Shown piece after piece: positions 17,752-26,534 of a stretch of DNA of 32,753 nt. Positions within the stretch are counted from its first letter, which is position 1. Each line of letters opens with the position of its first letter. The stretch is from Verrucomicrobiota bacterium (GTDB lineage Bacteria > Verrucomicrobiota > Verrucomicrobiia > Limisphaerales > CANJSG01), in contig JBBQXJ010000054.1 of NCBI GenBank assembly GCA_038209745.1, forward strand, positions 1 through 32,753, in the 5' to 3' direction. The position numbers and the translations under genes are program-made. Under the pieces are notes generated by a model. It saw only the letters and a list, made by a program, of their open reading frames with translations, did no database searches and was not told the origin of the DNA.

Positions 17752-18840
17752 TCACCCTTCTGCAAACATACGGCTCAACGCCTTGGACGCCTTCCCGGAG
17801 GCGACCAAGAGGGCGCTTTCTGAGCTGTATAGGGGCTTTCCTTCGTCCGGATAATCAACCGCCTCGATCAAAGAATGAGCCTCTTGGAGAGTATGTAGTT
17901 TTGTGAGTCTCAACGCTCCGAGCTGGCGAAGATGCTCTTGGGCACTGGCCACATTCTGCACCTTCAGCTCGGGGCCGGGTCTCTGCCGTTTGAGCCACCC
18001 GGAAAACTCCTTTTTGATCGTTTTGTCGGAGCGTCCCCAATTGACAATGAACTTCACCTCTTGATGGACAATCCCGTCCACCCACACACGTTCAAAGTTC
18101 TGGTCCCACTGCGCCCCCGCTGGCAGAGCCCCCCACCCTCCTTTGGCCTCAACGATGCCGGGCGTAAAAATATGCCCCGCAGCACTGGCGCGGACCATTT
18201 CCTCGACCTCGGCATCGCTCATTGGGCACGAATGTGCTTGGATGTACTTCTGGCGCGAAATCTCTACGGAATACTCGCGGCCAAGGGTCCAAATCCATTG
18301 CGCCAGCCGTTCGCGCGCCTCGAAGGCGTGAAACATGAAGAGGTCGAAGGCATTTTTCCGCACCCCCTCCGACTCGATTTCGAGCCACGGCTTCTCCGGG
18401 AACGGAGGAAAGACATGGAGGAACCATTTCCCGCTTCGTGCGTCCATTTCGGGAAAGGCTCCGCCGGCCTCTACCCGCAATTGCATCCATTCGGTCAATG
18501 AGTTGTCTGTTCCTTGGGTTCCGTCACCTCCGTCAGCGAAAACTTTCGCTTTGGTTCGCCAACTGCCGTCCCGAAGCGAACCGATGAACTCCCTGACACT
18601 GTCTTTGCAAGATGCGGCTGTTTTCAGGAGCGCCCTGGCCGCTTGCATGATCCTCGGATTCTTCTCCCGCCAAGCCTCCACTTTTTCACGGAACGCCTTC
18701 GACTCCCGCCCGAACTCATAGAGCAGGCAGGTCTCCAATTCGTCTTCGGGCACGCGGTCAAAGCGCCATTCAGGATCGGCGATGACAGCGGCAGCGGGCC
18801 TCAATTCCCGCCTCCCGGACTTTCTTTTTCCTCGCTTCAT
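17752..18840 (-). CDS. Hypothetical protein (362 aa), possible element regulator
   Basis: Long ORF; ATG 18840 overlaps the Mrr gene stop (ATGA); no recognised catalytic motif. Confidence 0.75.
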   Translation of the reverse strand: MKRGKRKSGRRELRPAAAVIADPEWRFDRVPEDELETCLLYEFGRESKAFREKVEAWREKNPRIMQAARALLKTAASCKDSVREFIGSLRDGSWRTKAKVFADGGDGTQGTDNSLTEWMQLRVEAGGAFPEMDARSGKWFLHVFPPFPEKPWLEIESEGVRKNAFDLFMFHAFEARERLAQWIWTLGREYSVEISRQKYIQAHSCPMSDAEVEEMVRASAAGHIFTPGIVEAKGGWGALPAGAQWDQNFERVWVDGIVHQEVKFIVNWGRSDKTIKKEFSGWLKRQRPGPELKVQNVASAQEHLRQLGALRLTKLHTLQEAHSLIEAVDYPDEGKPLYSSESALLVASGKASKALSRMFAEG

Positions 18841-19718
18841 AGTGGCAGCGTGAACCGGCAACGGGGATACGCGGAACAACCCCAGAACCGTTCTCCGACG
18901 TTTAGTCCTTTGCCTGCGGTTCTCAGCACCATGCGGGCTTCGCACTTGGGGCAGCGTTTCTCGGGATTGTTGAGATGGGTTTGAAGCTCCCCGTCATAGT
19001 CGAGGTCCAAGCTCGCCAGCAGAGAGAGGAGTTCCTTCTCGTCGAACAGCGTGACGCCGTTCCGTCCGGCCAATTCTTTCGCCTCTTGGGTGAAGCCGTT
19101 CAGCGTGACGAGCATTCCCGCGCCGACGCCATTGTCCTTCAATGCCCCGACGAATTCCCGCACCTGCCGCACGCCCACGTCCTGCCTTCGCCAGTGTTTG
19201 CATTGCACGGCCACGCGGTTGCCGCCCTTCTCCAGCATCAGGTCGATTCCTCCGTCAGGATGGGCTCCGCCCTTCCTCTCCACCGCATGGCCTTGCCGTC
19301 GAAAAACGTGCTGCATCAGCTTCTCGAACTGATACCAGTCCAAGGCCCGCAGCTTCTCTCGCCAGCGAGCTACGGTTGTCCCGCCTGTCTGCCCGTATCG
19401 GCCCAAGTCCCTCTGTGCGGGTTCTGGCAGAGTGGACCCTTCCCCCATGACGTTTCCCGAGCGAGGAGTCGGTCGGAGTGGCGCGAGGGAAGCAGAGTTG
19501 ATCGTTGCTTGCCTTCGGCGGGACCGGAACCACCAGACCGACAGGAGAACCACGAAGCCCAAACCCATGAGACCGAGCGTCACCACCACCAAGATCGAAA
19601 AGATCGAGTTCAACCGCTCGGCCAAGCCGCTGGTTCCCCCGGCCAAGGCAGCCAAGAGCGCGACTCCGGCAATCGCCTTGGCCGTGTCCTCCGCGTTGTT
19701 CCTTCGTCGTCTCTCCAT
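18837..19718 (-). CDS. Membrane-anchored Mrr-family restriction endonuclease with C-terminal topoisomerase-type C4 zinc ribbon
   Basis: N-terminal hydrophobic helices; LDWYQFEKL..., DGGIDL...AVQCKHW, VGVRQVREF, GFTQEA; CPKC...FWGCSAYPRC. Confidence 0.92.
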   Translation of the reverse strand: MERRRRNNAEDTAKAIAGVALLAALAGGTSGLAERLNSIFSILVVVTLGLMGLGFVVLLSVWWFRSRRRQATINSASLAPLRPTPRSGNVMGEGSTLPEPAQRDLGRYGQTGGTTVARWREKLRALDWYQFEKLMQHVFRRQGHAVERKGGAHPDGGIDLMLEKGGNRVAVQCKHWRRQDVGVRQVREFVGALKDNGVGAGMLVTLNGFTQEAKELAGRNGVTLFDEKELLSLLASLDLDYDGELQTHLNNPEKRCPKCEARMVLRTAGKGLNVGERFWGCSAYPRCRFTLPL

Positions 19719-19920
19719 GATCGCAGGCGGGGGAAACATCCCCAACCCGTCGTTTCATCGGCCGAAGGCCAATGGTATTTAGCGCGGATCGAAACACCCT
19801 TGGGCGGCTGGTTTGAGGCAGCCGAATCGGCTCAAGCAGGAATTCAGAAGCTCCGACCCATAATTGGCCACGCTGCTTGTGTGAAACAAACAAGGGGAAG
19901 GCCCACAAAAGACCAAGCAC

Positions 19921-20508
19921 ATGGACTCCTACTCAATGACCGTTCTGGTTGCCTTGTTCATAGGGCTGATGGTGGTGGTTGTGCAGCTCGACCGACTGCG
20001 CCGTGACAGGGCACACCAACACGAACAGACCCAAGGTCTTTTCCAGTCTTTCGTCCAAGCAGTGCAGGGAGCGCAATCGAGGAGCGAGGCGGTTTTACAG
20101 GAGAACGTGCTTCGCGTGGTTGCCTGCGTTGAAAGCCTTGGGAAACAGCTTTCCGAGAAGATCGAAACGGCGTCCCAAGAAACTCAGCGGATTGACCAAT
20201 CCATTGGGCAAAGCCAATTGGAACGAACGGAGTGGATGACCAACCGACTCCGCGAGGCACTTGGATCGGGCTTCAAATTAACCAGTGAAAGCTCCGAATC
20301 CCTTGGGAGCCTGCTCTCCGAAAAAATTGGGAAGGAAGCCGAATACATTCAACGGAGCCAGTCCGCGTTGGAGGCGCAGGGAGGAAAGATCATCAAGGCC
20401 ATCCACGAATCGGGCGAGCAAGTCACGGATGAACTCAAGGAAGGCACCAAAGCCATCGTTGATCTCAAAGCGAGCTTGGAAGAGTCCGTCAATTTTGAGC
20501 GGAGGTAG
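19921..20508 (+). CDS. Single-TM coiled-coil protein, first gene of the helicase operon
   Basis: N-terminal VLVALFIGLMVVVV followed by Q/E/S-rich helical heptads; 3-bp gap to the next ATG. Confidence 0.8.
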   Translation: MDSYSMTVLVALFIGLMVVVVQLDRLRRDRAHQHEQTQGLFQSFVQAVQGAQSRSEAVLQENVLRVVACVESLGKQLSEKIETASQETQRIDQSIGQSQLERTEWMTNRLREALGSGFKLTSESSESLGSLLSEKIGKEAEYIQRSQSALEAQGGKIIKAIHESGEQVTDELKEGTKAIVDLKASLEESVNFERR

Positions 20509-20511
20509 CAA

Positions 20512-21306
20512 ATGGCCGGAGTCTCCATTGTCTCCTATCTGCGTTATCTCCACGATGTAAACCGCAAGCTGCTCCAGCATGGCGGCCTTGAAAGCGTCCT
20601 CTACCGGAAACCGGCCAGCAAGAATCCCTGTTACCTCCAATTGGACCATCCTGATCCGGCCCGCCCACGGCACTTGCTTGCGACCTTGCGGCATATCGAG
20701 AACGCCGAAGCCAAAGGCTCCTTCTGGCGGCCATTGGTCGGGTTCGGTCTGATCGTCGGCCAGCTCGACACGCCCAAAGGCATCCGTCGCCTCTCCGCCC
20801 CATTGGCTTTTTGCGGTGCCAGTCTCGCGGAGGAGGAGGATCGGCCTTCCTCCGTCCAGATGATCCCGCAGTGGGATTCCATCACCCTCAACTACGACCT
20901 GTTGGCTTTTTTCCTGAAACAGGAAGCGGACGAGGAAGACACCAACGGAAGTTTGCTGCCCAAAGTCGGGCTCGACGCGAACACGCTTCGCGTTTTTACC
21001 GAAGCCGAAGAGGAGCTGGAACGTCACGCCTCCTCCGCGAATCCAGACCACCGTCTCACCCATGATGCTTTGTCGCAGACGATGAAATACATCCGCGACG
21101 GCGTGCCCGAGCTGCGCTCAATTGCTGTGCGCGGCGATCCCTATGACCATCGCCGTTTGGACAAGGAACTGGCCGAACTGACGCCACCGGTGTTCTTCGC
21201 GCATCGGTTCTTTTTCCTCGCGCCCTCGGCGGGCGAGCTGACCACGATGTCGGGACTCGCCACCCTGATCCGAAAGACTGAGAAGCCCAAGCCGAATGGA
21301 CTTTGA
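20512..21306 (+). CDS. Hypothetical protein, resembling the N-terminal (DUF4011-like) region of large SF1 helicases
   Basis: LVGFGLIVG...LSAPLAF...ITLNYDLL pattern; 11-bp overlap with the helicase start. Confidence 0.75.
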   Translation: MAGVSIVSYLRYLHDVNRKLLQHGGLESVLYRKPASKNPCYLQLDHPDPARPRHLLATLRHIENAEAKGSFWRPLVGFGLIVGQLDTPKGIRRLSAPLAFCGASLAEEEDRPSSVQMIPQWDSITLNYDLLAFFLKQEADEEDTNGSLLPKVGLDANTLRVFTEAEEELERHASSANPDHRLTHDALSQTMKYIRDGVPELRSIAVRGDPYDHRRLDKELAELTPPVFFAHRFFFLAPSAGELTTMSGLATLIRKTEKPKPNGL

Positions 21307-23923
21307 GAATTCACTGTTGGCGAAATTGTTCGAGGGCGTTCTGGAAGGGCGCTCCGTAGAATTCAAAACCGACCTCTTGCCGGTCGCAGAGGTCCAGAAG
21401 GCCATCGCGCTTCTGCCTATCAGCCTTTCGTCCAAACAAAAGCAGGCCGTCTCCCGCGCTTGGACTCACGAGGTTTCCTACATCCAAGGACCGCCTGGAA
21501 CCGGAAAATCGCACACGATCACGGCCATCATGTTGGCGGCGCTCTTCCTGAAAAAACGGGTGCTACTCGTCTCGCACAAAAAGCCCGCCATCGACGTGGT
21601 TTTCGACCGGCTCAAGGAATGTCTCGGCGAAGGCAGCGTCATCTACGCCTCCAACGACGTTGCCCAACGTCAGGCGATGCGCGGAACGCTGCAAAGCTGG
21701 CTGGATCGCGGGGACAATCTTCAATCATATGCGGAGCTGGATGCACTGCGCCGCGTTCGCAGCGAATACCGTGGGAAGGTGGAGCAGCTCAAGGCGGAGG
21801 TGGAAAAACTGGAAGGGTCGATCCGCAGCGCCCTACAGAGGGAACGGGACTTCTTTCACAGGCAGGAGCGGTTTCACAAAAACAGGACCGCGTATCTCAC
21901 CCGTTTTGAAACGCTTGGGGGCGATCTCAATCTTTCTTTGTCGGCCGATGTCGATCTAGCGAACGCGCTCCTTCCCGAGATCGAGCTTCAACTGGGCGAC
22001 GAACTGCACGCCAACGATGGCCGCATGAGCCGCAGTGAAACTCTGCGTCTCCGTCGCTTTTTCGTTGGCTTTGCCCGCCATTTTTTTGCCGATCACAAAC
22101 GGCTTGAACCTGGACTTGCGGCGACAAACTACGTCCGTGAACACCTCGACCTGACCTGTGAATTCCAGAGCGCCAGTGTCGCCCGTTCTCAAGTAAACCC
22201 GGACTTTCTCAGGGCAACACGAACCACCCTCGCGAAAAAGCAGCACCAACTGGAAGTGCAGCGTGCGGCCTTGGCCAAGGCGCACTTTGAGGCACATGTT
22301 GTGGGTAAGCTCCGCGAAACGGCTGATGATGTGCGGAAATTCGCCGGCATGATTCGCCACGCGAACCCTGCACTGATCGCGGAGAAGATGGAGGCCATCC
22401 TTTTCCCCAAAGTCATCGAGACACTGCCCCTATGGGTCGGGCAAATGCGCCACCTCGGCGAGTTTCTTCCGTTCGACGAGGATCTCTTCGATCTCATCAT
22501 CGTGGACGAGGCGTCCCAGGTGAACATCGCCGAAATCATCCCCGCGTTTTATCGGGGAAAACGCATCTGTGTCGTCGGTGACGACAAACAGCTCGGCCTG
22601 AACGCGGCGGGAGTGAACTTCGGATTCGGAGGGCAGTTCGAGGAACTCATCTGGCACAAACACTTCAATGGTTCCGGGGCGCTGTATTCACAGGCGGGCG
22701 AGCATTCGTTGTTGGTCAGCAAGCATTCGATCCTCGATTTTATCTGCTCAATGGACGACGGAAAGGTTCCAAAGACCACGCTTGACGAGCATTTCCGCAG
22801 CTTTCCGCAGCTCGCCTCCTTCACCAGTGAAGCGTTCTACAAAGCGGACGGCGGGCTTCGCCTGATGAAGGAAGTGCCGAAGAACCTGTCTTTGGAGTGC
22901 TTCAATTCGGTGGAAGTGGGCGGGGTCCGTGACGAGAAAACCAAGACGGTCGCCAACGAAATCGAGGAACTGTTGCGCTGGCTCACCAAGCTGATCCGTG
23001 GTCGGCACTATGAGCACGACCCGGCCTTGCGGGCGCATGGGTTCACCCACGAGCACCCGCCAACGCTCGGTGTGATCTCGTTCCTCACCAAACAGCGCGA
23101 CGCCATCCGGGAACGGGTTGAAGAGGTCTTTTCACCCGACGAAATCAGGAACAGCCATCTGATGATCGGCACGCCGGAAGATTTCCAAGGCAACGAACGG
23201 GACATCATCTTCATCACGCTGGGCCTGGACGGAACGAGCCGCTGGGGGAAAGGCCACTACGAGAACCCGAACCGGTTCAACGTCGCCACGAGCCGGGCCA
23301 TCCATTACACGCTGCTGATCTACGGCGGCATTCCGGCAAATGCCCGGCTCATCAAGTCCTACCTCGGCCATTTCGGCAAATCATGGCGAAGCAGAACTCC
23401 AGAGGAAGTGGCGAACGCCGCTTCGGCCAACGGGACGCCCCGGATCGGCGGCTATCGCTGGGATTGGAACCGGAAACTTCACCGGGAACTGTGCGAGTCC
23501 GAATTCGAGCACCGCGTCGCGGACGTGCTCGAACGGTTCGTGGAAGACCATGCGGGAAAGGCCAAGCTCCGCCTGTTCAACCAAGTGCAGGCCAGCCGCG
23601 CCTTGGGCGTCTCCAGTTGCGGGCAGAAGCGGCTCGATTTCGTCGTGCTGAACGAGGGCAACGGCGTTTCCGTGGCCGTCGAGGTGGACGGCCGGGACCA
23701 TTTCACCGAGGATGGACGTTCCTACTCCGAAGCCCATTTGGAGCGCGTGGACGTGCTCCGTCGGGCCGGATGGCGCATCATCCATATCCCCTACTATCTC
23801 TGGTGGCGGGATGGCTGGCTGGACGACACGGCCGACCCGGAGTTTTCGCGGGCGGTGTCAGAATTGTTCAGCGACTTGCGGGAAGCCTTGGAACTCCCGA
23901 GGAAAGGGCGCAATGGCTCCTGA
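21296..23923 (+). CDS. Upf1/DNA2-like SF1 helicase with coiled-coil insert and C-terminal Vsr/DUF559/MTES_1575-like endonuclease
   Basis: Helicase motifs IQGPPGTGKS, LLVSHKKPAID, IIVDEASQ, VVGDDKQL, LDEHFRS, TPEDFQGNERD and RFNVATSRA; nuclease motifs ESEFE..., RLDFVV, AVEVDG...H and LRRAGWRIIHI. Confidence 0.93.
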   Translation: MDFENSLLAKLFEGVLEGRSVEFKTDLLPVAEVQKAIALLPISLSSKQKQAVSRAWTHEVSYIQGPPGTGKSHTITAIMLAALFLKKRVLLVSHKKPAIDVVFDRLKECLGEGSVIYASNDVAQRQAMRGTLQSWLDRGDNLQSYAELDALRRVRSEYRGKVEQLKAEVEKLEGSIRSALQRERDFFHRQERFHKNRTAYLTRFETLGGDLNLSLSADVDLANALLPEIELQLGDELHANDGRMSRSETLRLRRFFVGFARHFFADHKRLEPGLAATNYVREHLDLTCEFQSASVARSQVNPDFLRATRTTLAKKQHQLEVQRAALAKAHFEAHVVGKLRETADDVRKFAGMIRHANPALIAEKMEAILFPKVIETLPLWVGQMRHLGEFLPFDEDLFDLIIVDEASQVNIAEIIPAFYRGKRICVVGDDKQLGLNAAGVNFGFGGQFEELIWHKHFNGSGALYSQAGEHSLLVSKHSILDFICSMDDGKVPKTTLDEHFRSFPQLASFTSEAFYKADGGLRLMKEVPKNLSLECFNSVEVGGVRDEKTKTVANEIEELLRWLTKLIRGRHYEHDPALRAHGFTHEHPPTLGVISFLTKQRDAIRERVEEVFSPDEIRNSHLMIGTPEDFQGNERDIIFITLGLDGTSRWGKGHYENPNRFNVATSRAIHYTLLIYGGIPANARLIKSYLGHFGKSWRSRTPEEVANAASANGTPRIGGYRWDWNRKLHRELCESEFEHRVADVLERFVEDHAGKAKLRLFNQVQASRALGVSSCGQKRLDFVVLNEGNGVSVAVEVDGRDHFTEDGRSYSEAHLERVDVLRRAGWRIIHIPYYLWWRDGWLDDTADPEFSRAVSELFSDLREALELPRKGRNGS

Positions 23924-24326
23924 AACGCTCAGGATTGTCCTTCTGGATGACGGGCCGGACCTGCTCGAACTTTACGAGGCCGTTATCCGAACCTATCCAT
24001 TTCCGACGCATCTCCAATTGTTCACGAACGGTCTTGAAGCATTGGAGGCGATGACACAAAAGCCTCCGCATCTACTCGTGATGGATTGGAATCGGGAATT
24101 CGACAACGGCGACATCATGCTGAAAGTCCTGGCGAAGCGGGGACTGACGTTTCCGGTGCTGGTTGCCTCCGGGTGGGCAACGGATGAACTCGTGCGCCAA
24201 AGCGTTGCCCCGTCTCAGACAGTCGCCCGGCTTCAAAAGCCCTTCGTATGCCAGGACTTCCTCGCCACCGTGGTCAGCCTGTTGTTCCAAGATCGGATCG
24301 CGAAACCGTTGATGCCGTCGGCTTGA
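23913..24326 (+). CDS. Single-domain response regulator (CheY-like receiver)
   Basis: IVLLDD, LLVMD (phospho-acceptor), VLVASG and LQKPF all intact; 11-bp overlap with the helicase stop. Confidence 0.88.
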   Translation: MAPETLRIVLLDDGPDLLELYEAVIRTYPFPTHLQLFTNGLEALEAMTQKPPHLLVMDWNREFDNGDIMLKVLAKRGLTFPVLVASGWATDELVRQSVAPSQTVARLQKPFVCQDFLATVVSLLFQDRIAKPLMPSA

Positions 24327-24462
24327 GCTTGGATTTGTCGCGAAGACATGCCGCTCACTGCAATCCCGAGTGGGTGGGTTTTTCTTGGCGCACATCGGTT
24401 TTCGCATGTATCTCTCTTTGGCGTCTGACTGGTTTTGCCGATCAAATGCCGGACAACAAACC

Positions 24463-24642
24463 ATGCCCTCAAAACGCCCCAAAATAGAATATCCGGCCGA
24501 GACCAAAGGGAGCCGGATCGCCGCCAAACTTCGGAAGGAAGCAAGCAAGCTGACGGCCGAAGAGCGGAAGTCCTATTTCGAGGAGGCGATGCAGATGATC
24601 TACGGGGGCACCAATGGCACGGTCCAAATCCGCAAGCCTTGA
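24463..24642 (+). CDS. Putative type II antitoxin (59 aa)
   Basis: Small charged ORF (MPSKRPKIEYPAETKGS...) directly upstream of and overlapping a PIN gene. Confidence 0.7.
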   Translation: MPSKRPKIEYPAETKGSRIAAKLRKEASKLTAEERKSYFEEAMQMIYGGTNGTVQIRKP

Positions 24643-25105
24643 CGTAAACGTCCTCTACGACTTGGCGTCGGAAGAGAAGTTCGCAAACGCATTTCTCAAC
24701 GAACTCCGCTTTCATGGGTGGATTTGCCGCGTTTCCCCCACGGCGATCCAAGAGATGTTTTTCCATCACAAGAGGAAAACGCCTCCGCAGTTTGCCTTGG
24801 CCGAAAAGACGCTTCGGAATCTCCAAGCGTGGAAGATTGGCCCTTTCGATCTGGTGCCGGTCGGTCATGGCATCACAGAACAGTTCGTTCGCAAGCTGAT
24901 CTACAAAGGCTTCTTGCCAGAAGACGAGGAAAACGACGGCTACATTCTGGCCGAAACGGCCTTGGTGGACATCCCGGTCCTTATCACTTCGGACAGCCAT
25001 CTGCTGAATATCCCACGCAAGAGCCTGTCTGCGGAGCTGGATGCATCCGACCTCCCCGACGTTCAAGTTTTCCGTCCTGACCAGTTCCTCAAAGTCATAG
25101 GCTAA
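24614..25105 (+). CDS. PIN-domain (VapC-like) ribonuclease toxin
   Basis: LDVNVL, VSPTAIQE, NDGYILAE and LITSDSHLL provide the acidic tetrad. Confidence 0.88.
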   Translation: MARSKSASLDVNVLYDLASEEKFANAFLNELRFHGWICRVSPTAIQEMFFHHKRKTPPQFALAEKTLRNLQAWKIGPFDLVPVGHGITEQFVRKLIYKGFLPEDEENDGYILAETALVDIPVLITSDSHLLNIPRKSLSAELDASDLPDVQVFRPDQFLKVIG

Positions 25106-25269
25106 TGGAAAAGACAAGCGTCAGCGACATAACAGGTTCTCTCTAAAAAATGGGTCCCATCCTCCGCCTGGTCTTTCGGGTTTCCCCCTCCCCCCCACCA
25201 CTCCGGCCGGACGGGTCCGAACCCAGGCACCGGACCCATGCCGGTTCCGTCCGCAGGGAAAAAACGGAT

Positions 25270-26454
25270 TCACCCTGCAACGGCGGAAGGAAACGGAACC
25301 ACCGTCGGGCCGAAGTTGAGCCGGGCGGCTTGGGCTTGGGCGTGTTCGTTGCTTAGATGGCCATAGACCTTGCCGATCAACACGCCGCCGTCCTTGTGGC
25401 CCACCCAGCGGGCAATGGTCATGTAGTCAATCCCGCTCATCACCGCGAACGAGATGAAGTGATGACGGCAGTCGTGGAAGCCGAAGCCGTCCAGCTTCGC
25501 CGCCGTCCGCGCCAGCTTCATGGATTCCCGGAAGGTGTGGGCGGCTTGGTCCTTCTCCCCCCGTTGCGGACTGGGAAAGAGCCATTCGGAGTCCGGCGCG
25601 CGTCGGGCGTGCATGTCGCGCAAGTGCGCCTGCAAAGGCGGGCTCAAATCGACGTGCCGCGCCTCCCGGTTCTTCGTGTCGCCGTCCGCGCCGATGGTCA
25701 CGAGTCGCCCGTTGAAATCGACGTCCGCCCAACCCACGCGCAAGGCTTCCTGCTCCCGTGCCCCGGACAGGGAGAGAAACCGGAGGTAGTCCGCCAGTTG
25801 CCGCCCGTTCTTGGACGCTTCCAGACCGGCCGCGCAGATGCGTTCGATTTCCGCCAAGGTGAAAAGCCGCCGGGATTTCTTCTCCACCCGCTGCCAAGCA
25901 ACGTCCTCGGTCGGAAGCGTCTTCAAATACCCGTCCCGCTTCGCCGCCTTGAGGACGTGGCGGAGACAAACAAGGGCGAGGTTGCATGTCCTGGGCGAGC
26001 GTCGGGCGCGAAGGGTGTTCAGAGCGCCCAGAACATGGCTCGGCTTAATCTTGTCGAGCCGCAGATGCCCCAAGGCGACGCGCCAGCGTTCGTAATGGGT
26101 CTTCTCGGTGACGAGGGTGTCCCGCTTCTTCCCCGTGCCCGCCAGCAAGGGCAAATACGTATCCGTCAGGTATTCGTCGAACGTCGGGGAGCGCCCGACA
26201 TGCCGCAGACGGTTCTCGTCCCGCTCGATGAGCAGCTTCCGAAGCTCCGTTTGGCCTTCAGAGGCGGTTGTCGCGGCCAGAGGCACCCAAGACAACTTCT
26301 TGCGCCCCGCTTCATCCTCGACCGTCACGCGGGCGTAGAACGAGCCATTGCGCCTCCAGAGCCCGCGAACCGGGTGCTTGCGGTTGTCGAGAACCTTGGA
26401 GTAGGAATGCCTCCGCCGTGAGTTGGTGTCACCGGACGTTTCAGTGCGTTTCAC
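25270..26454 (-). CDS. Tyrosine recombinase / integrase
   Basis: Catalytic set SGAR(R), TKN(K), HDCR(HxxR), VGH(H), KVY(Y). GTG start at 26454 is conserved in the remnant copy. Confidence 0.96.
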   Translation of the reverse strand: MKRTETSGDTNSRRRHSYSKVLDNRKHPVRGLWRRNGSFYARVTVEDEAGRKKLSWVPLAATTASEGQTELRKLLIERDENRLRHVGRSPTFDEYLTDTYLPLLAGTGKKRDTLVTEKTHYERWRVALGHLRLDKIKPSHVLGALNTLRARRSPRTCNLALVCLRHVLKAAKRDGYLKTLPTEDVAWQRVEKKSRRLFTLAEIERICAAGLEASKNGRQLADYLRFLSLSGAREQEALRVGWADVDFNGRLVTIGADGDTKNREARHVDLSPPLQAHLRDMHARRAPDSEWLFPSPQRGEKDQAAHTFRESMKLARTAAKLDGFGFHDCRHHFISFAVMSGIDYMTIARWVGHKDGGVLIGKVYGHLSNEHAQAQAARLNFGPTVVPFPSAVAG

Positions 26455-26464
26455 AAGGCAACAC

Positions 26465-26484
26465 TGTAGCAAAAAGTGTAGCAC
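26465..26484 (+). promoter_or_regulatory. Putative integrase arm-type binding site, right end, just upstream of the int start
   Basis: Identical to 15492-15511. Confidence 0.75.
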
Positions 26485-26534
26485 CGACAACGGAGGACTG
26501 AAAACGGCTATGTAAGTCCTTAGCAATCAGGGTT

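Noticed and set aside
15148..26454. SSV-type integrase split into int(N) and int(C) by integration
   Set aside because: The right-hand integrase is full length with its own N-terminus and the att core lies outside it; the left piece is a diverged homologue.
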